DNA of 44,189 nt from Octopus bimaculoides (taxonomy: Eukaryota): positions 57,865,469-57,909,657 of the forward strand of contig NC_068981.1 in assembly GCF_001194135.2 (NCBI RefSeq), in the 5' to 3' direction. Shown here piece by piece: positions 10,709 through 23,683 of the stretch. The translations under genes and the position numbers were made by a program. The notes beneath the pieces were generated by a model. That model was not told where the DNA came from and searched no databases. It worked only from the letters and a program-made list of their open reading frames with translations. Every line of letters starts with the position of its first letter. The first letter of the stretch is position 1.

Positions 10709-11818
10709 GGCTTTTTCAATGCCTGTCTACCAGATCCACTTGCAAGATTTTGGTTGGCCTGGTTCTATAGTTGCTTGCCCAAGGTGTCAGTAGAACTTAA
10801 CCCAAACCACATGGTTGAGAAGTTGAACTTCTTAACTGCATAACCATATAATTATGCCTGTGTTTTTAACTCATGCCTGCATCTATATATAAAAATCATT
10901 TTTAATCATGGAACATGAAGTAGATAAAGCTATAAGTAATAACATGTAGATTATTTCCCCTCAACATCCCCCATTAGTTTCCCCTCCCTCTTTGGCCTAC
11001 CCTCATGACCTCCCCTACCAACTTTCTGTCCATTAATGACTCTCACTCACCACCCTAATCTGTTGCAAATGTCTTCGATCAAAGCCTCAATTTGGCTCAG
11101 TTTAGTGAGTCAGATTTGGTAGATGGATATGGCAGTGAAGCTCATTGTGTGTGTATGTGTGTGAGAGAGAGAAAGAGAGTCAGAAGGATCATTATGGCCT
11201 GAGTGCTTATTCAGAGTTACTTACCTCTACATGGCTGAAGACCCAAGTCACATTCATGTTTCATTTTTTATATGATTTCTATAGCTGGATGCCCTTCTTA
11301 ATATCAACCACTTTATTGAGTACCCTGGTTTCATTTTACTGTGGCAGCAATAGTGTGTGTGTGTGTGTGTGTATTTGTGGTGTGTGGTTTTTATAATGTA
11401 AATCAATGTAAAATCTGTGCATGGAACAAAAATGCCGTATGATATTTTGGTATTGAGTTATGTCTCTTTGAGTCAAAAAATAAAGTTAACCATTCAATAG
11501 AGACTGATAAAAATATGTATCAAAGTTCTGTGAGTCAGTTATAATCATATATACAGCTACTGTCCAATGACTGAAACTAGTAAAAGAAAGAAGTAATATT
11601 CAGTTAATTTCATTGAAGTTATGCACATTTTAATGTACTTTTCTTAGGGGCAATAAACAATGCCAATTTTGGTAGATTTTATCAACAGTACCAAAAACTC
11701 TTTGTTTTAGCTTGTACTAGCTTATCTTTATGAAAGATCTAAAAATGAATTTGTTATGATTTAGGTTTATATTTTTTTTCCTGTAGTGTTTTACTAATCT
11801 CATTCTTTTAACTCTCAG

Positions 11819-11937
11819 GTTAATATATGATCCCAAAACTCGAAAAACATTTGACTCACCTGGTGTTAATGTAAAAGTTCCTGGCTTTGGTAAAACTGAA
11901 ACAATAGAGTTTTTGGACCCTTGGAGAGAAAAGTTTA
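11819..11937 (+). CDS. PLA2G15: PLA2G15/LCAT-family gene, exon 3
   Basis: Acceptor ctctcag|, donor |gtgagt, 119 nt. Encodes LIYDPKTRKTFDSPGVNVKVPGFGKTETIEFLDPWREKF (family PGVxVxVPGFGxT..E.LDP motif). Phases fit both neighbours. Confidence 0.95.
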
Positions 11938-12599
11938 GTGAGTATTGTTTGTTTGTTTTTTACCTCAAAATTTTCTGGCTTTGATTTTCATTGTAGAATA
12001 CATGGCCATAAAGCAAAAACTACAGAGACCAAAAAGAGAACTTTTATGTATCCACTTGGTCAGCTCAGTGTAGCAACTGAGTATTCCCTAAATAAATCCT
12101 ACCATGTTTTAAATGGAGATTACGTGTTCCCAGTATGAAATCTTATAACAAGCTCCCTGAGACAGGATGGTCACATTTTGAATAATAGTCAATAGATTTT
12201 TGATTTGTTGTTTTATTTGTGTTATATGTATCCATGTAAACAGAGTTAACTGGTGTTGTTTAACAACTGCAGTATTGTAGTATGGTTTACTTACAATCTT
12301 TGAACTTGTTATCTATTTTATGTTTAAACATTGTAAATCTCCAACAGGCTCACATCCTCACAGACACACTTTGTGCAAAAGTCACTTCAAACCAACATAA
12401 ACACTGGCTTTGACAATATCCTTTTCTATACCCTCAAACATTGAAGTCCAGAGCTAGTACTCATACTCAGAAAACACTTCAACCCTCCCTTTTCTACAGG
12501 AACATAACCTAATCTTTTGAAACACACTACACTGTTTCTTATTTCCAAGAAAGGCAATTTCTCTCATTCTGCCTTTTGTTGTCCAATCTTACCCACTTT

Positions 12600-13000
12600 C
12601 AATGATGTTCTTCAGCACCTTAAATCTCTCACTCCTTAACAACCAGAATACAACTTCCAACAAGACAGATACACTGAAGACCTAATCACTTACATCACCT
12701 GCCAGTAGGCTCTCTCCTTAGAGAAATTGGGTGAGAGCAATATTGTTGCCCTATACATCATGAAGCTCTCAGTGATGTTTAGTATATGAACCTCCTATTA
12801 AAATTGCCCACCAAGGACCCCATCTATTTCTCATGTCTTTGATTGTTGGTTTCCTATCTGATTGCACTATTTCAGCATGTGTTGATAAAGATCTTTGCAC
12901 CTGACTCTCAATGAACTCTGATGTACCTCAGGCTTCAGTTTTGTCCTCTATTTTCTTCCTTCTACAAATGAACAACTTACTTGCCATCATCTCCCAAAAT
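12600..13000 (+). mobile_element. Degenerate CR1/L2/Jockey-group LINE reverse transcriptase fragment
   Basis: Frameshifted translation LGESNIVAL...FLSDCTISACVD...MNSDVPQASVLSSIFFLLQMNNLL resembles RT motifs xxALDIxKAFD and FLSDR...SGVPQGSVLSPxLFLxxINDL. Confidence 0.6.
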
Positions 13001-13807
13001 TCTACAAAGTCATGGGTTTTACCCTTTCCTCCAGATACAGCAAGTAAAAGCAAAAAATAATCCATATACATTAAGGTTAATCATACTGATTTCTGTACCT
13101 TGCTGTTCAATTACTGCAATTTAAACAGGTCCCAGCCAATGAAGAAGCCATGCTAAAAATATTAGCCAAATTTGTTCAAATTACACTTTATCATCATAAA
13201 ACAGGTAGAGCAGAATGGATAATGTGATCCTAATTACATAAATAGATGGGATGCTCAAGTCTGGATTGCTTTTGATCACAGCAGACTGTAACTTACCAGC
13301 AATAGGTTCCAATGCTGTAATATTAATTTTTAAACACTGCTTTATCATAAAATTGAAAGCATTCTTTCTAAAATAGAAAGGTATGTATCCATATGTATTT
13401 TGAAAAATAGATCTTCTGATCCATTCAATTATTAATCAAAATTTTACTTAACCCAAACAATGAGCTTCAAAATTGATTATATCAAATGCTGCAAGTAAAT
13501 TTAAAGATTTTATACAGTCTTTTGATTTGCTTGAACCCAAATCATCTATTGATTCCTTCCAATATTTTTTAAACTTTGGGCAGGCCTTGCAATAATAAAA
13601 CACTTGTTTTTCTGCCTAAATGTGATGACATATTTAGATGTCAGTCATCTGTCCTCAAGTCATTCCTCAGACATTTGTAAAAAGGAAAGGTTTTCTTTTA
13701 TATACAAAAAGTATTTGTAAACCATGTCAAGCTATTTATTTGTTTTCCACAAAAATAACAATAAATTTTTTGGAATAAAACTGCAACTCATTTTGTTAAT
13801 TTCACAG

Positions 13808-13906
13808 CCAGCTACTACTACTTCATTGTGGAACGACTTGTAAAACTGGGATTATCTAGAAATATTTCTATCCGAGGAGCACCTTATGATTTCAGACGTT
13901 CTCCAA
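13808..13906 (+). CDS. PLA2G15: PLA2G15/LCAT-family gene, exon 4
   Basis: Acceptor ttcacag|, donor |gtaagt, 99 nt. Encodes (T)SYYYFIVERLVKLGLSRNISIRGAPYDFRRSP (hallmark RGAPYDxRxxP). Confidence 0.96.
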
Positions 13907-14592
13907 GTAAGTTTGCTTTTTCTCTTTGTTGTGTTTTCCAGAAAAATATACTATTACAATATCTAAGGAAAGTTATCCTATACATTATTATATTGCTTAT
14001 AATGCAGGTATTTTTAAAATTTATTTCATATCACATTATATGAACAATAGTGCCATTGATTACAGGTTTCAAGTTGGCTCTGCATTTCTAACAGTGAGAG
14101 TGACACGCTAGTATCTAATTTGGTATAGAACAAATATTGCAAGAGATTTCTTTAATTTCAAGGACTAGTTTGTTTCTTTGTTTTATTGTTTTCTCACTTT
14201 ATATGGTACAACATTTTTTGTTTTTGTTATCCACTTTCTCTTTATCTTTCTGTTTTGCTCACCTTGCACATTCAACAGATCATATGTAACTCCTTCCTCT
14301 TCAAGTCTTTGGTAGATTCTCTCTATTCATTACCACATTTTCTACATAAGCTTCTTTAAGTGGTGCTAATTCTGTTATTTTAATTTAATTTAATTTTGTT
14401 TATAAATAAAAATGACTGATGTCACTACTGTCTTTTGCTAACAAATAAAAAGCAATGATGCTAGTTCAGTTTTCTGTTTCCTTTTGAATTTTGAAAATGA
14501 TAATTTTATCTTAAAGATGTTGAAGCACAAGATTGATATAAAATCCTTTAAATTTTTAGGCAAGCTTTTCGTTTATTGTCAATATTCTCTCC

Positions 14593-14595
<3 letters not shown>

Positions 14596-14677
<82 letters not shown>

Positions 14678-14697
14678 CCTCTCTCTCTCTCTCTCTC
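14596..14697. repeat. (CT)n microsatellite ~65 nt upstream of the exon 5 acceptor
   Basis: Directly visible. Confidence 0.95.
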
Positions 14698-14760
14698 ATA
14701 CATACACACTTACATATGTATCATTATCTAAAAATGAATTTTTTTTGTTTTTTTGTTTAG

Positions 14761-14988
14761 ATGAATTTCAAGAATATTTCAAGAATTTTAAAGAACTCGT
14801 TGAAGAAACTTACAACATGAACAATAACTCCAAAATTACATTGATAACACACAGCATGGGCAGTCCAACAATGCTGTATTTTCTGAATAATCAAAAACAG
14901 GCATGGAAGGATAAATATATTGGGAAGATGATTACAATTTCAGGAGTTTGGGGTGGTGCTGTGAAACCTCTTCGGCTCATGATTTCTG
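14761..14988 (+). CDS. PLA2G15: PLA2G15/LCAT-family gene, exon 5 (nucleophile elbow)
   Basis: Acceptor tttgtttag|, donor |gtaaga, 228 nt. Encodes (N)EFQEYFKNFKELVEETYNMNNNSKITLITHSMGSPTMLYFLNNQKQAWKDKYIGKMITISGVWGGAVKPLRLMIS, with catalytic Ser in THSMG. Confidence 0.96.
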
Positions 14989-15629
14989 GTAAGATTGTAC
15001 AAATGTGTATCTATGTATGTTATGGTTGTCATCATTTCTAATCTTAATATCCTATATTTTATATACCTTTTTTTTTCTTTCTTTTTAGCATTGGGTGGAA
15101 GGAAGGGCTTTTCAAAACTCTAGATATTTGCACACTCTCAGTAGCTGAGCAGGATTTGCGAGTACTGTTTTTATATTTCATATGAAAAACGACCATTTTA
15201 AAGTACAGACTGCTTGCTGTAGAGTTAGTCGAGTGATCTTGACATCTACTCATTTAGTCAAAGATTACTGTGTATTTACCACATATAGCACCAGTTGGTG
15301 CTATAAAGTTAGACATGGCCTGGGCCTATACTGGCCGAAAAACCTATCAAAGTTATAGTCTTTATTAGAGATATGACATCACACTTGTTATAAATAAGTA
15401 ATTTTATGAAATGTGGTTGAAACATTTGTAATGTGGCTGGGAAGCAGACTTCTTAACTAAACATGCACACTTATACCTATGGCATATCTGTGTTTCTTAC
15501 ACATCTATACCTAAATATATATGAACGTCAAGCTAAGTGAAAGTATGGTCGCTCTTGCATACAGGCTCGTCCCTTGCAACCCTCTCTAGCTGAGCATCCC
15601 TAATCTTGTGGGCTCATAAGTGCTGATGC

Positions 15630-15960
15630 CACATAAAAAGCACCTGTGCCATTGCTGCACAAAGGCATCCAGTACACTCTGTAAAGTGGTTAGCATTAGG
15701 AAGGGCATCCAGCTGTAGTAACAAAATCAGACATGGAGCCTGAACAGCCCTTCAGCTGGTCAACTCCTTTCAAACTGTCCAACCCATGCCAACATGGAAA
15801 ACAGGCATTAAACGATGATGATGATGATGATGGCGGTGGCGGCAGCAGCGATGTATATATCACACACATCACTATTATTATCATCATCATCATTTAACAT
15901 CCATTTTCCCAGCTGGTATGGGTTGGATGGTTTGACAGGATCCAGTGAGCCACATGACTA
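15630..15960. mobile_element. Two tail-to-tail family B (RTE-tail) SINE-like copies
   Basis: The + copy (15630-15832) ends ggcattaaacgatgatgatg. The - copy (15880-15955) starts atcatcatcatttaacatcc...gggttggatggtttgac. Confidence 0.75.
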
Positions 15961-16439
15961 CAGAATGTAGGGAGATGATACACAAAATGTAAAAGCTGTG
16001 AGGAGGGGGATACACAATGACTGAGTTGGAGGCTAGAAGTACAAAAGTGTGGCTGCAGTAAATAACAAAGGGGTAGGCATCTATGACAGATATGAGGTGT
16101 TGAGAATGATAGCAGATATGTGAGGTATTAACCATGAGATATGAGGTGTAACTCAGAGTAGAGGGAGAAATAACTGGAGGCACAGTAATGGGAAAAAATA
16201 GTCTGGGGAAGGATGAGAATGAGGAATGAATGTTAATAGGAAGTGGTTTCAAGGGAAGGAGGAGATAACTGGTAACACAAAAGGAGTATGAAATATGTGC
16301 CAATGCAGCTCTTAAATTATTACAGCTACTGAGTAGTACTATAGTTAGGAAGATGAAATATGGAGAATGCTTCACAAGTGGTGTGGGGAAGGAGGTTAAA
16401 TGCAGGGGCAGGGCCCAGTATGTTCAGGCATAAACATTT

Positions 16440-16700
16440 TGTCTTTAGAACCTCACTTTCTCAGTGATGGATGGGTCTTTTCAAGCTCAGCAAATTGCCA
16501 ATCTTCTGAGTCCTTTGTCATCTCCTCCAAGAAGCTCAACAACTTGAAATCAACCTTTAGTACATCATCTCATGTCTTCTTGGGTTTCCTTCTTCCACAA
16601 ACTCCATCCACTTCAAGCAATTAGCTTTTCTTTATACATACGCATCACACGACCAAACCAGTGCTGTCTTCTCACTTGCTACATCTGAACCCACTTATCA
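16440..16700 (-). mobile_element. Highly degenerate RTE LINE 3' coding end
   Basis: The minus strand resembles RxxWFGHV...GRGxPRKTWDDVLKVDFKLLxxxEEMTKDxEDW...KTHPS, homologous to 7850-8068. Confidence 0.55.
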
Positions 16701-17567
16701 CTATCTGTTTATCATATTATATGTATATAAAGCATTAAAAATATGCTGCTATAGAATTGTCTGAGATAAAAATCTCTTCACAGACTTCTGTTAAAAAGCA
16801 GTATGTATTGGAGCAAGACAAAAATTGTCATTGCAATGACTCATGAGAATGACAGATGCTGTTTCACCCTTCTTGAGGCTTGTCAGTATCATGCTTAAAC
16901 AAAATGTGTCTTGATGTATTAAAAATAGTTAACAATACATTCACTGGGGAAGCTTGCAGAGCTCCATAAAAAACTAATGTATGCATTGAAACAGCATTAA
17001 ATTAAAATCACTATGAATATAAACTTGTGTTGTTGCTTAAGATAGGCTACAGAGAAGATTCATCATGAAGTTAGATAACATCTAGGATTACTGAAAATAA
17101 TGATATAGCAATAATAATTTTAAATAAATGAAGACAATATTAACTTAGCAATAACAGTTTAGGTAATTTTTTTGTTGGTTGTAAAACAAGTTACTAAGGC
17201 TAAAGGAAATTTACTACAAGGATACATGTTAAAGGTTTTTACTTTTTTCCTAAAAACATTTTTCAACTAAAAGTAAAAAATCTTGCTTCAAAGTTGTCCA
17301 TAATTACTTATTTGCGTTTATATGTGATTGTTTCTGTCAATGTGTACATGTATCTATATCCTGTTATTTGTGTTGTGTTTGTAGTGTATATATGTGTAGA
17401 CTATTTAACAATAACGAATGGCTTGGAATTGACAAAAGTGTCCAGAAAATTATTATTATAAGAAGGATGGTAATTAACAGTAATGTTTCAAAATATATTT
17501 CCTCTCTTTCTCAAACACGTTTTGTAAAGTAATATTTCAGAATATTTTTTTCTGCTTTTATTTACAG

Positions 17568-18082
17568 GAGATAATCTTGGCATTGTTTTACTGAAAGAAA
17601 ATGTTATTCGAACATACCAGCGTAGTGCATCTTCAACAGCTTGGCTTATGCCATATGATAGTTTTTGGAAATCTGATGAAATCCTTGTGTCTCGTCCTGG
17701 ACGCAATTATACTGTTAAAGACTATAAACAGTTGTTTGAAGATTTGAATTATACAGCTGGCTATGAAATGCGTAAAGACACAGAAAATCTTGTGAAAAAC
17801 CTCCATCCACCTGGAGTGGAAATTCATTGTATATATGGAGTAAATATACCTACTCCAGCTACATATCAATATGATGAAGGATTTCCTAACAGTGCACCAA
17901 AGATAATATATGGACCTGGAGATGGGACTGTAAACAAAGACAGTTTAGAAGGCTGTCTTAGATGGTCAAAACAACAAAAACAGTCTGTTCACAATTATAC
18001 TGTTGAAAATCAAGATCATTTGAAAATATTGCAAAGTCAAAAATTGATTGATCTGATACAAGAAATAGTAACCAAGAAATGA
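17568..18082 (+). CDS. PLA2G15: PLA2G15/LCAT-family gene, exon 6 (terminal coding exon)
   Basis: Acceptor tttacag|, 515 nt to TGA. Encodes (G)DNLGIV...HPPGVEIHCIYG...GDGTVN (catalytic Asp)...QDHLKIL (catalytic His)...EIVTKK*. Overlaps ORF 17648..18082. Exons sum to 91+154+119+99+228+515 = 1206 nt = 401 aa plus stop. Confidence 0.96.
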
Positions 18083-18234
18083 ACTTTCTATGGATAAAAG
18101 AAAAAATATTTTTATAACAATATATAAAAGCATTTATTAAAAAAAAAAATATCATATCAGTATTTGCATTTTATTTAACAAGAGAGAAATTTGTGATCCC
18201 TCTTATTTTTGAGTCTGACATCTTTAAATCATTT

Positions 18235-18474
18235 TGCTTTTATTCTTTTACTTGTTTCAGTCATTGGGCCCCATCCATGCTGGGAAGGGTATAGTCAATC
18301 AGGGTATTTGAAGGGTATAGTCAATCAGAGTGACCCTACCAGTACTTATTTTTAATCTGTTACTTATTCTAGCAGTTTCTTTTGCCAAGCTGTTAAGTTA
18401 CAGGAATGTAAACAAACCAACACTATTTGGTAAATGGTGAAGCATATGCTCAAATGCACACGCATGCACACACA

Positions 18475-18532
<58 letters not shown>
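18235..18532 (-). mobile_element. SINE family A tail plus (CA)n running into a gap, in the 3' flank or 3' UTR of the gene
   Basis: ttttacttgtttcagtcatt...ccatgctgg...tacttatt...gttaagttac...gtaaacaaacc, followed by (CA)n. Confidence 0.75.
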
Positions 18533-19478
18533 NNNNNNNNNNNNNNNNNNNNNNNNNNNNNNNNNNNNNNNNNNNNNNNNNNNNNNNNNNNNNNNNNNNN
18601 NNNNNNNNNNNNNNNNNNNNNNNNNNNNNNNNNNNNNNNNNNNNNNNNNNNNNNNNNNNNNNNNNNNNNNNNNNNNNNNNNNNNNNNNNNNNNNNNNNNN
18701 NNNNNNNNNNNNNNNNNNNNNNNNNNNNNNNNNNNNNNNNNNNNNNNNNNNNNNNNNNNNNNNNNNNNNNNNNNNNNNNNNNNNNNNNNNNNNNNNNNNN
18801 NNNNNNNNNNNNNNNNNNNNNNNNNNNNNNNNNNNNNNNNNNNNNNNNNNNNNNNNNNNNNNNNNNNNNNNNNNNNNNNNNNNNNNNNNNNNNNNNNNNN
18901 NNNNNNNNNNNNNNNNNNNNNNNNNNNNNNNNNNNNNNNNNNNNNNNNNNNNNNNNNNNNNNNNNNNNNNNNNNNNNNNNNNNNNNNNNNNNNNNNNNNN
19001 NNNNNNNNNNNNNNNNNNNNNNNNNNNNNNNNNNNNNNNNNNNNNNNNNNNNNNNNNNNNNNNNNNNNNNNNNNNNNNNNNNNNNNNNNNNNNNNNNNNN
19101 NNNNNNNNNNNNNNNNNNNNNNNNNNNNNNNNNNNNNNNNNNNNNNNNNNNNNNNNNNNNNNNNNNNNNNNNNNNNNNNNNNNNNNNNNNNNNNNNNNNN
19201 NNNNNNNNNNNNNNNNNNNNNNNNNNNNNNNNNNNNNNNNNNNNNNNNNNNNNNNNNNNNNNNNNNNNNNNNNNNNNNNNNNNNNNNNNNNNNNNNNNNN
19301 NNNNNNNNNTGTAGCATTAAGCAAATAAATGTTATTCTGTGAAACCCAGTAAATTTTTTTTAAGCTTAAATAATCAAGTTAGTGCTTAGATTATTGAGTT
19401 AGCTGGGAAAAATTATCTGTTTCATTAGAATTTAATTTGCTCTGCTTCTATAGTTTACAAACCAGATAACTTTCATTT

Positions 19479-19674
19479 ATAGTCTCGAACTGTGCTCCGC
19501 AACTGGTATGTTGCAGCACTGGTGTGCCATGAGATGATACTAGGTGTGCCACAGTGTAACCTGAATATAATTTTTTTCCCTATACTTTTAGTTATATTTT
19601 TAGTTCAGGTGTGCCACCGAATTTTGAAAAGAATATAAGTGTACCGCAAATGAAAAAAAGGTTGTGGAGCATTG
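19479..19674. mobile_element. hAT (Charlie-like) non-autonomous element, degenerate
   Basis: Left end tagtctcgaactgtgctccgc, right end aaaaaggttgtggagcattg, internal gtgtgccac repeats. Resembles hAT MITE ends (recalled). Confidence 0.45.
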
Positions 19675-19829
19675 GTGTATAAGGTTGATGTTTAATCACA
19701 TAGTGAGTTAAAAACAGGGGGATAATTGTATCAACTATGTCTTTTTCTTTTTTGAGAGCTTACTTCTACTCTATAGTGTTTTTGTTTTCATTGTTTTAGT
19801 GAATAGGTATTTAGTATTAATATTTAGCT

Positions 19830-20050
19830 AAAGAGAATGTGGTGGACTAGCAGAATTGTTACCGTACCAGACAAAATGCTGCTAAGTATTTTGTCCTTCT
19901 TTACATTCTGAGTGCAAATTCTTCCGAGGTTAACTTTGCCTTTCATCTTTTCAGGATTGATAAAATAAGTACCAGTTGAGTACTAGGGTCAATGTAATTA
20001 ACTTACCTCCTCCCCTAACATTGCTGGCCTTGTGACAAAATTCGAAACCA
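19830..20050 (+). mobile_element. SINE family C (Nin/Deu-like core), diverged
   Basis: ccgaggttaactttgcctttcatcttttcaggattgataaaataagtaccagttg is homologous to 42170-42235. Another copy is on - at ~28670-28805. Confidence 0.75.
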
Positions 20051-23000
20051 GTATTTAATTAAAGACTAAATTACTGTTTAAATACTGTTGGAGTTAAAAT
20101 TTCACTTTCATTTTCCCAAGATTTATTAAATAAGTGCTAGTATTATATACAAGATTGATTTTGTTGACTATATGTTTACATGCTTTCCCTAAAGGTTGAT
20201 TCAGGTTGACCAGAAGTTAATTCACAGTACTTTTAAATAGAAACAGACTGTTGCTTTCTTTTTTCTTACCGTTTATTTTACCATGTTTTTAATTTTGTAT
20301 GAACTATTTCTTTTTGTATGAACAACTACAATATCTCAATGAAATGAAATCCATTTTTAAGCATTTAGACATCTCCTAACCATCTTTATCATTAGTTTAC
20401 AGTCTTCGCTTTATAAGTTTTCAAAATATTTTACTAATTTCTTTACTAAGATACAAGAAGGTAATTTTAAATTTACACCTTATGTAAAAGAAATTATTTT
20501 TCCTTGATTGATGTAGTTTCTCCTATATATTGAAAAAAAAATGTGTATGTTATTTTTATTTTATTAAACTGTGATTATTTATACCATTTTCTTTTTTGAA
20601 TTGAAAGTATATGTATAATTTCATAATTCAAGTATACAAGCTGTTAAACAAGTTAATCTACTGAAATTGTTTGCATTTATTTTCATCCTCCATCCTAATG
20701 TGATGGTAGAGATTGACCTTATTATGAAATTATATGTTGACTATAAATCAGTTTGAAAATTTTATACCCTGTGTTTGTTGAATTATAAGATGATATTTGA
20801 TTCTATTTTAAAAATTACAAAATTAAGGTTGTCTTGCACAGTGGGTATAAAATTTGGTTATGGAATATGGTGTCAAGCAGTGGTACAGCCCTTATATTAA
20901 CAGATTTTGTGAATAAAGGAGTATTTTAAAAAAAGATATTTTAGTAAGAGTTTGCATGCACCATTTTTTGTTTTTTAAAATCCTAGTGAAATCCTACCGG
21001 TGCAATCATATGAATTACAATACATGGAATTAAGAACTGGTATGAATATAGCACTTTACTGATTGTTGTGGATGGGAAAACATTCCTTTTGTGATTTCTA
21101 GGACTACAAAGTAAAAATAATCTGTAAAACACTCCTCATGATTTGTGAGAGTTCTTTGTAGTCTTACAGGATGTGTATAGCACAAAATAAACTATTTTGA
21201 GAGAACATATGCTTTGTGTTGTTTTATCTTTAGTGATCTTGTATACCAGCTTATAATGTTATGATCAATCCTGTTTAGTGAAGTGGTTATTGTCTTTAGT
21301 GAGAAGGTTGGATAGGAAAATTTGTATACTATTTTAGTAAATGTAAAACAAAGGCTTTATTTCCATTTTTCCGATATTTATTAATTTCAATAACAAAAAA
21401 TAAAACTTCATTCTGTACATCAAAAATAAGCATTTACTATGGCATTCACAGTCAATGGATTCAGAAAGCATTGAGGAATCAGACAACCTTACAATTCAGC
21501 TTTGTAATTTAAGATATCATAGATCAAAGGAAATACATTAGAAAGTCTTACTGTGCAGTTTATTACAAAAGCAAGTGTATGTAAAAGATGTTAGCTGTCA
21601 CAACAGGTAATAAACATATATCTTCAAATTGAATTTCTCATATTTACAAAAACATGTAGAATCTGTGGCTAAGAGTTGGTGAGTTACAGACTTCTTCATC
21701 ATTGTGACACAGGAGAAAGTGACCAGCAATGGTTTATCTAATGAAAGTGAAAGTCCTCTGTGATTTCTTATAACTTTTGTAGTTTCACTATCATCCCAGT
21801 AAGCTCCTGGTAGCTCTTACTTTTTAACCTGTTTGATTGATCAGTTTAAAGTTGTTGATCATCATGCTTACAAAGTGTTTTGTTTCTGCTATTTTTACTA
21901 GGCAACATGACAATGTAAATATAGATAGCAAGAGCAATGACTCATTTATTAATACAAGTATGGTAGCCAATACCATAGTTCATATAACTATAGTTCATAT
22001 AACTATATCTTTCCTATATACTCTGATTTGGTTGGGTCACTATCTGATTCTTTATGTTTTTACAAAGTGCTTGAAATCTGTCAATGCTTTTTTTAAAAAA
22101 ATTATATATGAGAGAATACATTTCCAAAGATATTTTTTAAGAAATGTACTCATCTTGGGTTTCAATATGTGAAATGGCAAAGATTATTAAGAGTTATGTA
22201 CTTATGCTAAAAAATAGATGGAATTATTGTTCATGACCAAAACATTTAATGCATATTGGCCACTTCACTTTATTATAAACAGTACTATGAATAAAATTTT
22301 GTGTAAAATACTGTTGAAAGAAGTGAAACCCTACAAAATTAAAGCTTTCTCTGTGTGTGAGTGTGTGAAAAGACCTCTTGAAAATATTGTAACACGGTTG
22401 TGGTAATCTAGTCTCATTCCCCTGTACCAAAATACAAACAAATCAGTAATACAATATCTTCACAACATATGAACAGCATGCATCTAAAATCATAAGTTTT
22501 ACAGATTAGAGATCACCACTACTACCTCATAACCTATTAAAAAGGACAGAAGACAGCTGAATTGGTAGAACACTAGACTGAAGACTTCTAGGTTTGACCT
22601 CCACCACCACCACCTCTGCTCACTCCCAGTCAAGTTCTGCGGTCAGTTCAATTACTTATACATCTCCGCACAAATGTGAGCCTTATGTTAAAAGTATTAT
22701 TACTATAACATTTACTAAAAGGGTAGAAATATACAGTCATCATTATTATTATTATTAGTAGTATTTATGTATTTCGTTTATATTACTATATGTGTATTTA
22801 TATAATTAAGATAAGCACATTATAATTATCATTATTATTTATTTTTTTCTTGAAATTATATCAGAATTATTATTGTTGAAGCAGTGTCTGCTTATCCAGT
22901 TTGATAAACCCATCTTAGACAGCAAGGTGAATTACCCTACTTTCCCACACTTTCTCCTCAGTTATGACAAGTACTGCAAGCTTTAATTACCTCAATTACT

Positions 23001-23683
23001 GCAACTCACAGGTCTGAAAAGATTAAATAAATGAAGTAACTTTAGTTTGTGAAGGAAGAAATAAATTGAAACTAATCACGAGAAACACAATAACAGTTAT
23101 CTTTGCATATGTACTACCACAGATGAGTGAATGGACCATATCTATGAGGCCTTCTAGTAGACTACATTGATAACAAATCACAACTCAAATTACCATGGCT
23201 ATACTGGACATATTGAGCAACACCTTAGCAGTTACATTGATACTCATAGAGGTTATGGATATGGTACGAGTTATAAAGAAGGATAAGGCTCTTGGAAATC
23301 TGAGTTGCAAATAACCCAATCATTTGCAACACTAATTTCAGGATTACATACCAAACAGGTAAACACACATATAAACATGGTTGTGAGACTAAGTCTTTCC
23401 CCAGGTAAGAATGTACCACTCAATGTAGACTACTAATTACTGACTTCAAGTAAGGGCTTACTTGATTCAGTGACATTAGATAATACTCGCAGGTATGGAA
23501 ACTGACAAATCCCTGCAGCAGACATGTTCATAAAGGTCTTCAGTGAAATGTATGTTAAGAATGTGAGGGAGATAGCAACCTCTACCATAGACAACTGGAA
23601 GCTTCTCTATATAACAACCTGTTGTGAGCCACAAGCTAGATCTGTGGATGGAGCAAGGTACCATCCTGAGAGAAGGCAACATA

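Noticed and set aside
14484-14760. N-terminal extension of ORF 14484..15041 (poly-SL)
   Set aside because: Intronic read-through across (CT)n. Family homology begins exactly at the acceptor at 14761.
18364-19342. Long ORFs (295-317 aa) here and at 33498-34358 and 37483-37908
   Set aside because: They consist of N gaps and dinucleotide repeats and have no coding content.
19310-21420. Repeat-poor AT-rich stretch with AATAAA motifs as an extended 3' UTR of the PLA2G15-like gene
   Set aside because: Plausible but untestable from sequence: it is separated from the stop codon by a SINE and a gap, and AATAAA is frequent at this AT content.
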